A stretch of DNA of 63,585 bases, filler included, from Octopus bimaculoides (GCF_001194135.2; 5 parts of 5 records of this genome joined end to end with filler, not necessarily neighbours in it); one strand, 5' to 3'; positions 1 through 13,376 are shown, counted from the whole stretch's first letter. The notes: generated by a model not told the origin, from the sequence alone. Program-made: numbers and translations.

Positions 1-639
1 TATATATATATATATATATGTATGCGTATGTATATATATATATATGTATGCGTATGTATATATATATATATATATATATAAAAAAAATTTTCTGAAACAC
101 CTATCTTCTGGATTGTGTAATATTCTAGTCTTTTGGTAGAATACTTCTGCCTTCCTGATACTAGATGAAGAAGTTACCAATTGATCAACTTCTTTCCACA
201 TGGGTTTCCATAATAATAATAAACTCTTTCTGAATCAACTGTCTTTTGGATGAAAGTGAACACTTGTCTCTCTTTTCAGCAGCAATCAGTGTATATATAT
301 GATGTCTGTATATATTTAAATTGATGAATATCATTGACTTTCAATGGAATTCAACTGGCTGTTTTAACTTCTTTTATGATTAGAACTTTCAGAATTTACT
401 GAATTGATGTTATATAAAGTAAATGTCTATAAATATTTTTACATGTTTTTTTGTTTGGTTATTTGCTTGTTTTAGCCCTAGGTCAACCTTTAGCTCAGCA
501 AATGGCTTTTGGACTAATATTCTAACTACTTTCATCCCTTCCACAACCATTACTTTATTTTATATATTTGTTTTTCCTTTGACGTGCAAGGGTGTAATTT
601 GGGGGAAATTTAGTTGCTATTTCTAGCAAATGATATAAT

Positions 640-790
640 AAATTAACAGTGTTATTAGAGCATTTGTCCTAATACTCTGCATTCTGAGTTCAAATCTTAC
701 CGAGGCAAACTTTGCCTTTCATCCTTTTATGATTGATAAATAAAGTACCACTCCAGGTTAGTGGATTAGCAGAATTTGTAGAGCATCTGT
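640..790 (+). mobile_element. tRNA-derived SINE fragment with Nin/Deu-like central domain
   Basis: TTCTGAGTTCAAAT (B-box-like) followed by GAGGCAAACTTTGCCTTTCATCCTTT...GATAAATAAAGTACC. The same block recurs at 14170-14545 (-) and 19255-19780 (+). Confidence 0.7.
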
Positions 791-984
791 TGGATTGCCT
801 TGTGCTGTGTTTTCCAGATCTGCATTCTGTGTTCATATCTTGCTTTTTTTGTCATCAGATGAAACTGGCGATGCATGTGTAAGTTTGTTCAGTAGATAGT
901 ATCAGGATGTATGGTAAGATTTCAACAGGGGACAGAGTTAAATATGTCATTCACGGACAACCTTTTCCTTGCAGTTGGCCTTAA

Positions 985-1170
985 ACCTTTAGCATTTAAA
1001 CTGGTCACACCTGATGCAAATATTCTACTTGGCTTATGTTCAGACTGATCAAATCCAGCCTCTGCCATTCTAAAGATAATCACATCACCAAAATCCCAAA
1101 GCTATGAGATAAGGCATGATTGATTCAAAACAATGTGAATATATAAGCATTACATATGAATACTGAAGGG
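985..1170 (+). mobile_element. TTAA-flanked MITE (piggyBac-like ends)
   Basis: TTAA|ACCTTTAG ... CTGAAGGG|TTAA. A homologous copy lies on the opposite strand at 24185-24398. Confidence 0.6.
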
Positions 1171-1237
1171 TTAAGAGATATGGCTTATCATGGATCGGAC
1201 CCCTGCCACTTGGATAATTTATTGAGCTTCATGTAGA

Positions 1238-1420
1238 TGCAGGCATGGCTGTGTGGTTAAGGAATTCAGTTCTTAACCATATGGCTTCAGGTTTAGTCCC
1301 ATAGTCTGGCATCTTGGGCATGTCTTGTGCTATAGATCTGGGCTTTCCAATTCCTTGCGAGGTAGTTTGGTAGATAGAATTAAAACCATCTCTTGGGGCA
1401 TGTATTGTGTTGAGTCAAAA
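1238..1420 (+). mobile_element. tRNA-derived SINE (GCAGGCATGGCTGTGTGGT... family)
   Basis: tRNA-like head TGGCTGTGTGGTTAAG...GGTTTAGTCCC followed by the TTGGGCA-TGTCTT-CTATAG body. Related copies at 2585-2910 and 5437-5520. Confidence 0.65.
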
Positions 1421-1505
1421 GTTTTGAATACTTTGGTAACTTATTTACTTTATTTGTCAAGTTGCAACAAAACTTTGCCTAGCATTCAAAGCAGAGGTCA
1501 TCCAA

Positions 1506-1745
1506 CGTATGACGCGTAGCTTATTGGTTAGGGTGTTGGATTCATGATCGTAAGATTGTAGTTTTGATTCATGGACCAGGCATACGTTGTGCAAAAACAC
1601 TTCGTTTCATGTTGCTCCTGTCTACTCAGCTGCCAAAAATGAGTAATCTTGCGACAGACCTGCGTCCTATCCAGGTGGGGAATATATACGCCACAGAAGC
1701 CAGGAAACAAGCCTTATGAGCCTATGGCTCGGGAAGGACCTTTCA
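1506..1745 (+). mobile_element. tRNA-derived SINE
   Basis: GCGTAGCTTATTGGTTAGGGTGTTGGATTCATGATCGTAAGATTGTAGTTTTGATTC is a degenerate tRNA with A/B boxes. A related head lies on the minus strand at 62290-62436. Confidence 0.65.
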
Positions 1746-1815
1746 TCCATTATATATTTATATATATAAGAAAAACGTTATTTGCCAACATATGATGTAC
1801 ACATGCACATATAGA

Positions 1816-1990
1816 TATCATCATCCCCTTTCGCATGAATTGGACGGAATTCATTGAGGCAGATTTTCTACAGTTCAATGCCTCTCCTGCCACCAGTCCT
1901 CATCTATTCCCAAGCAAGGTAATATCTGCCTACCTCCATGATCAGACATGTTTTCCAAGAAGGTTGGAAACACAGGACACCACTTGTATG
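1816..1990 (-). mobile_element. RTE-type 3' tail or RTE-tailed SINE remnant
   Basis: Resembles the RTE 3' end at 51700-51891 (TTCTACAG..ATGCC..CCT..C.CCA motif) and ends in (GAT)n on the minus strand. Confidence 0.5.
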
Positions 1991-2029
1991 ATGACGACAC
2001 ACACACTCCCTCATTAAATATATACAATA

Positions 2030-2530
2030 ATAATAATTCTTTTATTAGCCAAAGGGGCTCACATACAATAACATTAAAGGACATGCAACAACATATAAGA
2101 CAAAAACGGGACGATACAATGGGTTTTCTGCGTGTAAACAAAACATAACAATAAAAAGTTAAACAAATTGAAACTCCCACTAGGGGAGGCGCTTTAAGGT
2201 CCTCATGGAAAAGTCCATGAAAGCCATGGGTGCCTGAACAACAGGACGAGAGCTCTTCTTTTATTTCTCACAGGTGTATGCTCAGAATTGGTCGTTTCAC
2301 ACTGGCCGTTCTTCCAACAATCACCCACCTTTCAACAAACTTGGTAGAAGGCAACACTTCTCTCTCCGCCTTCAACTTCCTTTTCAAGTGAAACTTGAAA
2401 AAGTCGGTGAGGGCTTAGCCAAAGAGGAAACTGTCTGTCTTTAGCCCTTTCAAACGGATCCACCATACTACCTTTTGCTACAGCCACTAGACAAATAAAA
2501 ATTGACTGTCCCTCCCGGCCAAAAGAGGGC
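2030..2530 (-). mobile_element. 3' fragment of an L1/Tx1-like LINE
   Basis: Decayed C-terminal coding-like sequence and a 3' end reading GAGCCCCTTTGGCTAATAAAAGAATTATTATT on the minus strand (polyA signal plus (ATT) tail). Confidence 0.45.
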
Positions 2531-2584
2531 AGCGGGGCAATCTTCACAATGGATTCAGCTGATAGTCAGATCCGTCCTGCATGT

Positions 2585-2910
2585 AGTAAGAAGCTTGCTT
2601 CCCAACCACATGGTTCTAGATTCAATTGCTGTGTGGCACAATGAACAAGTGTTTTCTACCATAAACTTGGGTTGACCAAAGCTTTGTGAGTGGATTTGGT
2701 AGACGGAACTGAAAGAAGTCCGTCACACACAAATATATATATAATGTTTTTGTGTCTGTCTGCCACTGCTTACAACCGGTGTTGGTGTAATAGAATAAGT
2801 ACCAGGTTTAAAAAGAAATGAGTACTGGAGCCGATTTGTTTGACTAAAATTTCCCCAGGGCTCTGCCTCAACATGGCCGCAGCCTAATGATTGAAACAAG
2901 TAAAAAGTAT
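2585..2910 (+). mobile_element. tRNA-derived SINE, near full length
   Basis: TAAGAAGCTTGCTTCCCAACCACATGGTTC head, GGATTTGGTAGACGGAACTGAAAGAAG body, and a CATGGCCGCAG...TGAAACAAGTAAAA tail that is shared with 3830-3955, 32985-33165 and 56440-56600. Confidence 0.75.
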
Positions 2911-3770
2911 ATATGGTCCACAAGCGATCCAGAGATTCTCCGTATAGAAGACACGTAGTAGTGCTCAAAAGATTCAAACTTCGACTCCGATGTCTTTACA
3001 GGGGGGATCAATTCCATGTGGTAAAGAATGGTTATAAGAGGAATCAAGTTGAGCAGGTATAATTGCCTCTCTCATTCTCGCTATATATATATATATAATA
3101 CACACATATATATATATATATGCTTACTGCTTGTTCCTTTTTTATACTTATGTGTTTTTCTTTTTTTTTTTTATGGGCATGTTATTTAATGCAACGCCAC
3201 GCACTGTCTTATGTTAACATTCTGTGNNNNNNNNNNNNNNNNNNNNNNNNNNNNNNNNNNNNNNNNNNNNNNNNNNNNNNNNNNNNNNNNNNNNNNNNNN
3301 NNNNNNNNNNNNNNNNNNNNNNNNNNNNNNNNNNNNNNNNNNNNNNNNNNNNNNNNNNNNNNNNNNNNNNNNNNNNNNNNNNNNNNNNNNNNNNNNNNNN
3401 NNNNNNNNNNNNNNNNNNNNNNNNNNNNNNNNNNNNNNNNNNNNNNNNNNNNNNNNNNNNNNNNNNNNNNNNNNNNNNNNNNNNNNNNNNNNNNNNNNNN
3501 NNNNNNNNNNNNNNNNNNNNNNNNNNNNNNNNNNNNNNNNNNNNNNNNNNNNNNNNNNNNNNNNNNNNNNNNNNNNNNNNNNNNNNNNNNNNNNNNNNNN
3601 NNNNNNNNNNNNNNNNNNNNNNNNNNNNNNNNNNNNNNNNNNNNNNNNNNNNNNNNNNNNNNNNNNNNNNNNNNNNNNNNNNNNNNNNNNNNNNNNNNNN
3701 NNNNNNNNNNNNNNNNNNNNNNNNNNNNNNNNTCTCTCATTCTCGCTATATATATATATATAATACACAC

Positions 3771-3801
<31 letters not shown>

Positions 3802-4079
3802 CCTGTGTTTATATCCCAGCAAGCGCTTGACAACCAATTGAATTCGTACTAGGCTTACAAAATCCTTGGGTAGATTGCTTCCACTAAAAAGAAAAGACCT
3901 TTTAAGGTGGTACTCCAGCATGACCGCAGTCAAATGACTGAAACAAGTAAAAGAATATATATATCAAAAAATGTGATGGTCATGTTTAAAATGGATTTGG
4001 TCCAATGTTTACCCAATCAGGGCTGGTATGGGTGGATGAAGCCACTCTATCGCTGCAGCTGGCAATAACTATGAGTACC

Positions 4080-5000
4080 CATAGACCACTTCATTTTAAT
4101 AATGAACATCTTCACCCCCGCTCACCCTACTAACAACCGACCCACCCAACCAACCAACCATCCAACCAAACAGTCAGCCAGCCAACCGACAACCACAACG
4201 TTCATTCTTTATATCCACCCATCCACCACTGGCAGCTGCTGGCTGTGCGTCCAATAATACCCTCACTAACGATCAACCGACGCTGTATGGGTTCACCTCC
4301 TCACCACACACACACATACACACATACACAGGCATACACACCACACACACACACACACACACTACACATTCACATACCCACCACAGACACACACACACGC
4401 ATACGCACTCATGCACGCGCGCAGGCTTACACAGAACTCCCCTTCACATTGCCTCACCTAGCTACTTACCTATTCAACTAGGATCAGGTAACGTGCAAAG
4501 CCGGGGTTTTTTTTTTAACCTCTTTCACACACACACACACATATATTCCCTTAGCCAATATATTATTATTTTTACTACAACCAACGCTGCTCTCTTCCCA
4601 CACGGTTTCTCTATAATTTCTTTTCTCTATCCTTTGTCTCCTGCTACTAATCATTACCACTCCCAACCCCTACACACTTTTTTTTTCAGTTCAGCACGTG
4701 GGACCTTACTCATATTCCCTCCGCAGCACACTGTATCGCGTGCCCCTCCTCCTCTCCTCACACTGTCTTCACTCTTCCCTCGTCCTCGTCCACTGTGACA
4801 CTATCACCACTATCAGTACCTGTACCACGACCAGCAGCACCACCACCACCACCACCACACTACCACCACTACCTCCATCATCATCATCACTACTTCCCCT
4901 TCCAGACGGGACATTCAAAATTCATAAGCGCGTCTCGTCTTGTGCATAGCGATGTTTGCACGACTTGAGTGCTGTTCACACACACAGACGCATGCATGTA
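4080..5000 (+). repeat. Composite low-complexity repeat ((CAAC)n, (CA)n, (ACC)n), possibly a decayed retroelement 3' region
   Basis: Microsatellite-rich, C-rich strand. No reliable ORF. Confidence 0.4.
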
Positions 5001-5519
5001 TAAAAATATGCCTCTATGTGCATACGTGTATGTGTGTGTGTGTGTATAATACGCATTAAGTACAGGATACAATGAGTGAAAAATACGTAAGCACACGAGA
5101 GAAAAGTACTTATATATACACACACGCATATCTCTCTGAGTCTGTACACACACACACAAACACATGCATAAATACTTTATAAATACATTATATACATACA
5201 CATGTGTGTGAGTGTGCGTGTGCAAATATATATATATATATATAAGCGTTTTGCTCCATTTATTCTTTATCATATCAACTGAAAATACATCACTTTAACA
5301 TGGAATTTCTACCTCTTAACCAGGTATAATATCCCAATTTCTTTGTGAATTTTGCTACCCAGGTAACTATTAACATATTTACCTTATCGACATTTTTCAA
5401 CTAAGATAATATAAATACATACATTAATAAATATATATGTGTGTGTGGTAAGAAGCTTGCTTTCCAACCGCATGGCCAAGTGCCTTCTACTATAGACACG
5501 AGTTGGTCAAAGCTTTGTA

Positions 5520-7535
5520 AACGGATGTGGTGGATCGGTGGTTCGAAGCATGTGATGGTTGCTACAGAGACCAAGCTAGACAGTCTACCCTTCCTGAATG
5601 GCTATGAGGAAATCATGTCTCCTAGCCAGACCCGGAGTCGTGGGGGCGTAGTAGTGCTTATCCGTAAAGGCTTGGCTCTGCAGACAAGTATACAGTCTAT
5701 GTGGACCCTGAAGGTGGGCTAGTCGTCCTTGGTGTGACATACAGCGGTAAGGCTTTCAGGTTGATCGGGATCCATGCCCTCTGTGCTAGAGGATTACAAA
5801 CTGATTCTTATCGGCGCCTAGAGAACTTTCTCGTGACGTCGAAGACATTAGTGGTGTTAGGAGACTATAACGCTATCTCGTAGATCTGCTAAAAAAAATT
5901 CAGCTAGCAGATCGTTACAGACTGGACCATCCGAGCGTCCCAGAGTGGACCTGGATAATTGGCGACGGAAGGTTCATGGATAGTGGTAAGAGCTAGAGAT
6001 AAGGCTAGCTTTAGTTGTCCACAGCTTGTTCAGGTGTCCTACACCGGCCATAGAATGGTCAAGTGTAGGCTGAACATAGTACAGTTAAGAGAGGATCCGG
6101 TTACTGGAAGCTGAACAAGTCAATTTTGACTTGCGAGGCATACCGTAGCCGGATTAAGGAACTAGTACGGAGGGTGTTAACTGACTCCGTGGTTGATAAC
6201 CGGTGGTGGTTCACCCTCCAGAGAGCCAATCGTTTTGAATCTGTTAGGTTTAGCCGTCAGCTAAGACTTGATAAGGCCAGAATAGAAGGGCAACTAGTTA
6301 ATGACTTAGAAGAGGTGTTGAGGTTGGGCTCTGCATCCCACATTTTGGCAACGAGAACGGCCTTGGACCGTCACCTCAAAGCCAAACATGAGGGATGTAG
6401 AGTTCGGGCTAAAGTGCGAACATTGGGCCGTGAGGTAATTAATGTTGCAGGATAAGCCCGTGCGGTAGAAACCCAGCGCGGCAATGATGCCACAATTAGG
6501 TCTCTGATCGACGACAATTGGAGTTCGGCCGACGGATGGGACGAGATGTGTGAGGCGCTTTACAAGCACTTTTCCGAGTTGTTCGGGAGGAGCGGGAAGG
6601 TGGATCATGGTGAGGCCCTTAGGAACTTCCTGTCTGGCGGCCCGCATCTCTCGGCACGAGAGGCTGAGTGCTGTGAAGGGCCAATCACAGCCGAGGAGGT
6701 GATTGAGGTGCTAGGCGAATGCCTCGGGGAGAAGTCGCTGGGTCTCGATGGTTTGCCCTATGAATTCTATAAGAGTACGCCAGGCTTGTTCGGGCACCTG
6801 CTGGCCAGCGTTTACGCCAATTGGCAGCAGAATGGGAGAATTCCCAAGTTTGCAAGACGAGGGGTGGTGACGCTGATCAGAAAGGACCCGAGCAAGGGGG
6901 ATGTGATAAGCAACTTCCGGCCCATAACTCTGCTAAACACAGAGTTAAATATATTAGCCAAGGTATAAGCAAAAAGCTAGCGCGGGTCGTGGACGAACTT
7001 GTGGGGAGGGCGCAAACTTGCGCAATCCTGGGCAGGTCGATTCACAACAACCTCCATCTTCTACGCTACACCTTAGAGAGGGTAGGGAAGCTTTTTGGCG
7101 CAAGAGGGGCACTGGTACATTTAGACCAGTCTAAAGCGTTTGATAGGGTCGGCCATCGGTACTTGGCGGCGTTCCTCGAGAAAGCTGGCCTGGACCCGAC
7201 CTTCCGTGGTTGGATTGCTACTTTGTACAGCGATATCGAGTCTGTCATTAAAATGAATGGTTTCTTTTCGAAACCATTCAGGATCGAGCGTTCAGTGTGT
7301 CAGGGGTATCCCCAGTCCCCGCTTTTGTATGTATTGGCTCTTGAGCCATTGCTGCGGAAGTTGGAGGCACTAAGAGGCGCGCCGCATGATCTATAGTGTG
7401 GAAGAGGAGCTACGACGTATGCAGATGACATCTCCATCATCGTGGAGGATGAGGGCCAGATTCCAGTGGTGGAAGAGGCCATCAAAAACTACGAGGCGGT
7501 GGCAGGAGCAAAGGTTAACAAGGACATGTTGGTCG
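5520..7535 (+). pseudogene. L1/Tx1-clade LINE ORF2 (APE endonuclease + RT), decayed and 3'-truncated
   Basis: APE motifs ATETKL, GGVVVLIRKG and LVVLGDYN. RT motifs KSLGLDGLPYEFY, NFRPITLLN, LDQSKAFDRV, QGYPQSPLLY and YADD (7408-7420 region). Multiple stops and frameshifts; ends at a (CA)n tract. Confidence 0.9.
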
Positions 7536-7544
7536 GTTTGCATA

Positions 7545-7576
<32 letters not shown>

Positions 7577-7589
7577 ACACATATATATA

Positions 7590-10500
7590 TACATATATAC
7601 ATGGTGGTTGTCTACTCCTTATGCAGAGTCTGACCACCTCTTCTACCTACACCTATGATTCATCATGACGTCTGATGTGGCTTTTTGAAAGATACAATGT
7701 ATTGAAAAGACACCCACTCAGATTGCATATCCGATTTGGACCACCAAAGGCTGCAGTTAAGTTCTGATTTTTGTATATCTTAAAATGTCCTTTGAGGCCC
7801 CGTTAGAATTGCAGACCTCATGATATACACAGCATTGAAAGGTGTGCTCAGATACATATGCAGAATAGTTGGTGGAGGTTTGTTTATCATTGGTCCTCAA
7901 ATGAGATTTGAGCCCAGCGATTGAAAGGCATGGTCTGTCACAAATGTGCGCACAAAATGGTCATTAAGATTCTCCTTCTCGATCGCAACATTCTTCTTTA
8001 AATCTCTCTTGAGTCTTGTATGTGTTATCCCGGCCTTCTTAAACGCTTTCACTCCACTCTACACTTTGTTTGCCATCCATTTCGATGTGAAGTAAGGGCT
8101 TTTATAGCCTTTTGTCCCATTCCAAGTGACTTCATGGTAGTCCTGATGCCGTTCTTAAACCTCTTTTCAGGTTTACACCGATTGCGTTTCCTTTCAGCAA
8201 GCTCGCCATAAAACAGCTGTTTGGGTGTGTGTTCATCCGCCATTCTAACAATATGGCCAAACCATTTCATTTAATTTTTCAGTATCATTGATTTAACTGA
8301 AGTGATGCCGGCAGACGCAAAGACATTTGTGTCTGAACTAAAAAAAAAAGCACCATTTAATGTTTAAAATGCAGCGAAGGCATTTTTGGTGGAATCGTTC
8401 TAACGATCTGAAATGATTTTCATAACACGTCCACGTTTCAGGAGAATACAACAAGGATGGTATTACAAACGATTTGTAAAGAGCCAATTTTGTGTTATAT
8501 ATATGTCGTTGGCGCCAAACGTGTGACTCTAAACCATCAAATGCTTGTGCCTCCCTTTGAATTCACACGTATTTCTGTGTCCAAATTTTCATCATTTTAT
8601 ACAGAGCTTCCAAGGTAAATGAAAAAGCCAACAACCTCAAATAACTTACCCTTAACGAAAATTTTAGGTGGGTTGCAAACAGCACCACGTACAGGTTGAG
8701 ACATTACAACTGTTTTTTTTCAAGTTGATGGTCAAGTCAAAGTGTCAAATGCAGATACACAAGATTGCAGGCCTGTTTCAGAATGACTGACCAGATCGCA
8801 ATTCACAATCGTCAGCGTATAAGAGTTCCCTAATGAGTGAAGTAAAAACGTCTGTTTTAAATTTCAGTCTGGTTAGATTAAAAATACCCTGCTGTTCGAT
8901 ATTTTATGTAAATACCCTACTCGAAGTTTTGAAAAGTGTGTGACAGCACAACAGCGAAGTATATTGCAAAGAAGGTGGGTGCATCGAGGTCTCCATTTTC
9001 CACAGCAAAAGATTCAGAGAGCCTACCATCAAAATTAACTCTAGCCTTTATATGTTGATGCAAAGCCCTTATCATATTCACAAATTTTTCTGGGAAACCT
9101 ATTTTCCTTAGAATTAGCCACAGAGCATTTCGATTAACAGTATCGAATGCCTGGCTTAAATCAACAAAGCAATGGTATAGAAAAAGAGTCTGTTCAATGA
9201 ACTTTTCCTAAGATTGTCTGATACTAAAGATACAATCAACTGTGTCCCTGGAGGAGCGAAAATCACACTGAGACTCAGACACTATATTTGAAACTATGAA
9301 GGTATTTAAACGTTCTAATAGAATGCGGGCAAGTACCTTTCCAACTACAGACAAAAACGAAATCCCACGAAAATTACCACATAGATCCTTTGGCCCCGAT
9401 TTATACAAGGAGACAAAAATGGCATCAATCCAGTCTTGAGGCACTTTCTCAGTTCTCCAACAGTGACAAATTAATATGTTCAAGAGTTCGAACATTTTGT
9501 CACCTCCATATTTGAAGACTTCTGCATAGATTCCATCAGACCCTGGATACTTATTGTTATTCAGCTTATTCACAGCTAAATAAATGTCATTTAAAGTTGG
9601 TTCAAATGCCATCTCTTATATAATTGGAAGGTGTTCGATCTTTTCTATCATCTTCATGTCAGCGGATGATGGTCTATTCAAATGTGCAGAAAAATGTTCT
9701 GTTCAGCGCTTATGAATAGAAGCGGTGTCAGTAAAAAGCAAATGTCCATTTGCTGTTCTCACTGGAGCTATTGAAGAAGATTTTGGGCCAGAGATACCTC
9801 CTTAAAAAAAGAGTACAAACCATTGGCATAATTTCTACCAGTTGCTTTTTGCGCCCCTTTTGCTCTGTCATTCCACCATTCCTGTTTAATTTTCCTTAGA
9901 GCAGTCTGCACTTGCCCTTTCAGCTTTCTGTAAGCTTCGTTTGAGCTGGGGTTCAAGGACTGAGAAAAGAATGTATTGCCTAAGTTTTGTTTTCCTAAAA
10001 GTAGCTCATAAATTTCTGGTGATTTTTCTGAGAACTAGTCACTGGACTTACGCAATTTAAATCTCATTGAAGAACTTGCAGTCTGAAATGCTTTTGTTTT
10101 GAAATCTTTCCATAGATTGTTTGGATCAAGATTAATACTTTCTATAGCATCGTGAAATCTTTGTAAGTTGTTTGGTAGTTTAAAGTTTGTAATTATTTAG
10201 CTTTTTCGGTACCTTAGGGCCAGACTGTCAACTTTTAGGCCATTATCGAAAAATTCCTTTTCCCACGCACTGGACGCTGCTCAGTCTAGCTCTCTGCTCC
10301 TCTCATGGCCCGAACGCTTTCATATCACATCTCTCATATCACGCTTTCTGATCAGAATATAATCTATGAGATGCCAGTCTTTTGATCTCGGGTGCATCCA
10401 GGTGGTTTCATATTTTTTTTTTTTGCTTAAACAGTGTTGGTGACAACCAGATTATTCTCAGTAGAAAACGTCAAAAGAGCTACTCCATTTTTATTACATT

Positions 10501-11570
10501 TTCCAATCCTGTGTCGGCCTAAAATAGGCCATGAAATGTAGTCATTTCCAGCTCTTGCTTTCAAATTTCCTAATATGACTAGCTTGTCAGAAATTGGTAC
10601 TTTCCTCAATGATTCTACTAGATCATCATAAAGCTGTCCTACAGTTCCATCAGAATGAGACGTTGTTGGTGCACAAATACTGACAACGGTAAGAAACCTA
10701 CTTTTGGTGAGGTTTATACGGCTTGACATGATTCGTTCAGATATACCACTTGAAAATTCTGCAATGGAGGATACTAATGAATTCTTGAGAGCAAGCCCAA
10801 CACCAGATTCTCTACGCCGACCCTCAGGTAGGCCTCTCCAGAAGAGAGTATATCCATAAGTAGGTTCATTTATTTGACCTTCACCAGAAAGACAAGTTTC
10901 AGAGAGCTCAACTAAATCAAGAAAATATTTTTTAAGCTCACAAGCAATAAGTGCAGTTTGCCTTTCAAGTCTGTTGTTGAAATTATCATCGAGAAATGTG
11001 CGCACATTCCAACAGCCAAAATTTAGAGGATGTTTATTTTTTCTTCTTGAAGATTGTTTGACCATAGGGGCAGGATGATGACCGGGCCCAGCCTGTGACA
11101 CACTGGGGCACCTGTCAAGTCAGATCTGTTCCCCTGACGTTCCCAAGCCTTTTTTGCAATTTACTGAACCTGTCTGAGACATTTCAGAGTAAGTTGCAAG
11201 TGCATTTTCAGGTTTCTGCCAACCAATTTAATGATTCTACTAAAATTTGCTGTACAAGAAGTACCTGTGCCATTGAATAATTCTCAGTGGGTTAACTTGC
11301 ACTGCACTATCCCCACCTATTAGCACAAGAAGATTTTCGCTGGTGGGATATGAAAATTGACAAAACTGGGGATTTCCAAGGCCTCGGGCTTTATTTTCGG
11401 AGATTTCTTTCTCTTAGGTAGATTACCAACCGAAGTTAAAAAGCTTTTGCCTGCCCATAAGGTAGGCTACCCCATGCCAAACACCAAACCGATACCCAAA
11501 CGCTCCGTAGAGTGGTTAAATAACATTCCGGTGTCCGACGCGGAGCAGCTCATACATAATACATACATAC
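7590..11570 (-). pseudogene. RTE-clade LINE, nearly full length but decayed
   Basis: ORF 10427-11101 is an APE endonuclease (CWNVRT, LSET, GVGLALK, LVILGN). ORF 9208-9612 is RT (KYPGSDGIYAEVFK, NFRGISFLSVVGKVLARILL). The C-terminus includes LLYSPETW, FHQKCLR and WFGHIVRM. 11100-11570 is a putative 5' UTR. Confidence 0.92.
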
Positions 11571-12488
11571 ATACCTCTCCCCACTGAAAAGAAAACGACA
11601 TATACATATTTACACATATATGTTGGATGGCCGTTGTCTACTCATGACTTCCTCCACCCTTTGACGAGTCTCATTTTTCGTCCCGCAGGGTGTCCAACAA
11701 TCACCCTCGTCACCAAGCAAGGTTGGTGGGGTTGCCAGTTTAGTCGCCGACGACCCCACTAGGTAACAGGTTGTACTGCCTTATATGTTACCAGTAGCGA
11801 ACAAGAGCGACTAATAGCACTCGAGAGCGACCTAGATGTGTATGTATGTATGTATGTATGTATGTATGTATGTATGTGTATGAGCCAATGAGGGAGACCA
11901 CTACATGGTGGCTAGACTCAGGATATGCTGNNNNNNNNNNNNNNNNNNNNNNNNNNNNNNNNNNNNNNNNNNNNNNNNNNNNNNNNNNNNNNNNNNNNNN
12001 NNNNNNNNNNNNNNNNNNNNNNNNNNNNNNNNNNNNNNNNNNNNNNNNNNNNNNNNNNNNNNNNNNNNNNNNNNNNNNNNNNNNNNNNNNNNNNNNNNNN
12101 NNNNNNNNNNNNNNNNNNNNNNNNNNNNNNNNNNNNNNNNNNNNNNNNNNNNNNNNNNNNNNNNNNNNNNNNNNNNNNNNNNNNNNNNNNNNNNNNNNNN
12201 NNNNNNNNNNNNNNNNNNNNNNNNNNNNNNNNNNNNNNNNNNNNNNNNNNNNNNNNNNNNNNNNNNNNNNNNNNNNNNNNNNNNNNNNNNNNNNNNNNNN
12301 NNNNNNNNNNNNNNNNNNNNNNNNNNNNNNNNNNNNNNNNNNNNNNNNNNNNNNNNNNNNNNNNNNNNNNNNNNNNNNNNNNNNNNNNNNNNNNNNNNNN
12401 NNNNNNNNNNNNNNNNNNATACCGGAGTAAGCACATAAATGTGCAACAAGGTAGAAAGAGAGTACTCAAATACCAGAAGTAAAGTAAT

Positions 12489-12600
12489 ATGCTTTATTTA
12501 AAAGCAGCAGAAATATAACAAAAAGCTGTTACTCAGAGTTTCACGTGAAACTCTGAGTAACAGCGTTTTGTTATATTTCTGCTGCTTTTAAATAAAGTAT
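12489..12600. repeat. Loopless palindrome with 56-bp arms
   Basis: Centre CAC|GTG at 12544/12545. The arms pair with one mismatch and one G-T pair. Confidence 0.95.
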
Positions 12601-12720
12601 ATACATATATATGTATACATATGTGTGTGTGTGGTGTATGTGTACATATATATGCATGCATATATGTATATATATATGTATGTATATTTGTATATATATA
12701 TTTATATATGCATGTATATT

Positions 12721-12754
<34 letters not shown>

Positions 12755-12914
12755 GGCATAGATATGTACTTACATGCATGCACTCCCACACCAACACCCA
12801 CACACACATATACACACATGATTGTGTTTGGCTCTGTACATAAATGGGTGTAGTCGATTTGTGTATGTGACTTATTTTCTGGCCAGGAATAAAAGTGCCC
12901 AGACGATGACGCCG

Positions 12915-13102
12915 GGAAATGAGGGTGAGCGTGGTTTACACCCGTCCGTTCCCCACTTGTTTGAAACGGTGGTCGGTTGGTCATTTAGGATTCTCTTCTC
13001 TCCAATAATGGAAATGAGGGTGAGCGTGGTTTACACCCATCCGTTCCCCACTTGCTTGAAACGGTGGTCGGTTGGTCATTTAGGATTCCCCTCTCTCCAA
13101 TA
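12915..13102 (+). repeat. Tandem duplication with a 95-bp period
   Basis: GGAAATGAGGGTGAGCGTGGTTTACACCC...CTCTCCAATAA occurs at 12915 and 13010 with about 4 differences. Confidence 0.9.
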
Positions 13103-13114
13103 AAGTAAGGACCG

Positions 13115-13214
13115 NNNNNNNNNNNNNNNNNNNNNNNNNNNNNNNNNNNNNNNNNNNNTTAATTAATTAANNNNNNNNNNNNNNNNNNNNNNNNNNNNNN
13201 NNNNNNNNNNNNNN
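13115..13214. other. Artificial scaffold spacer 44N-TTAATTAATTAA-44N (also at 26534-26633, 41638-41737, 62190-62289)
   Basis: Identical 100-bp layout four times. The 12-mer has stop codons in all six frames. Confidence 0.97.
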
Positions 13215-13345
13215 ATATATACATACATATATATATATACATACATATATATATATACATACATACACACACACACACACTATATATATATATTATATAT
13301 ATATGCACACACATTATGTACATATATATATGGATGGTATAGATG

Positions 13346-13376
<31 letters not shown>

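Noticed and set aside
3067-3790. About 55-bp direct repeat on both sides of the 3227-3732 gap
   Set aside because: Typical unresolved contig overlap at a microsatellite. Likely an assembly artefact.
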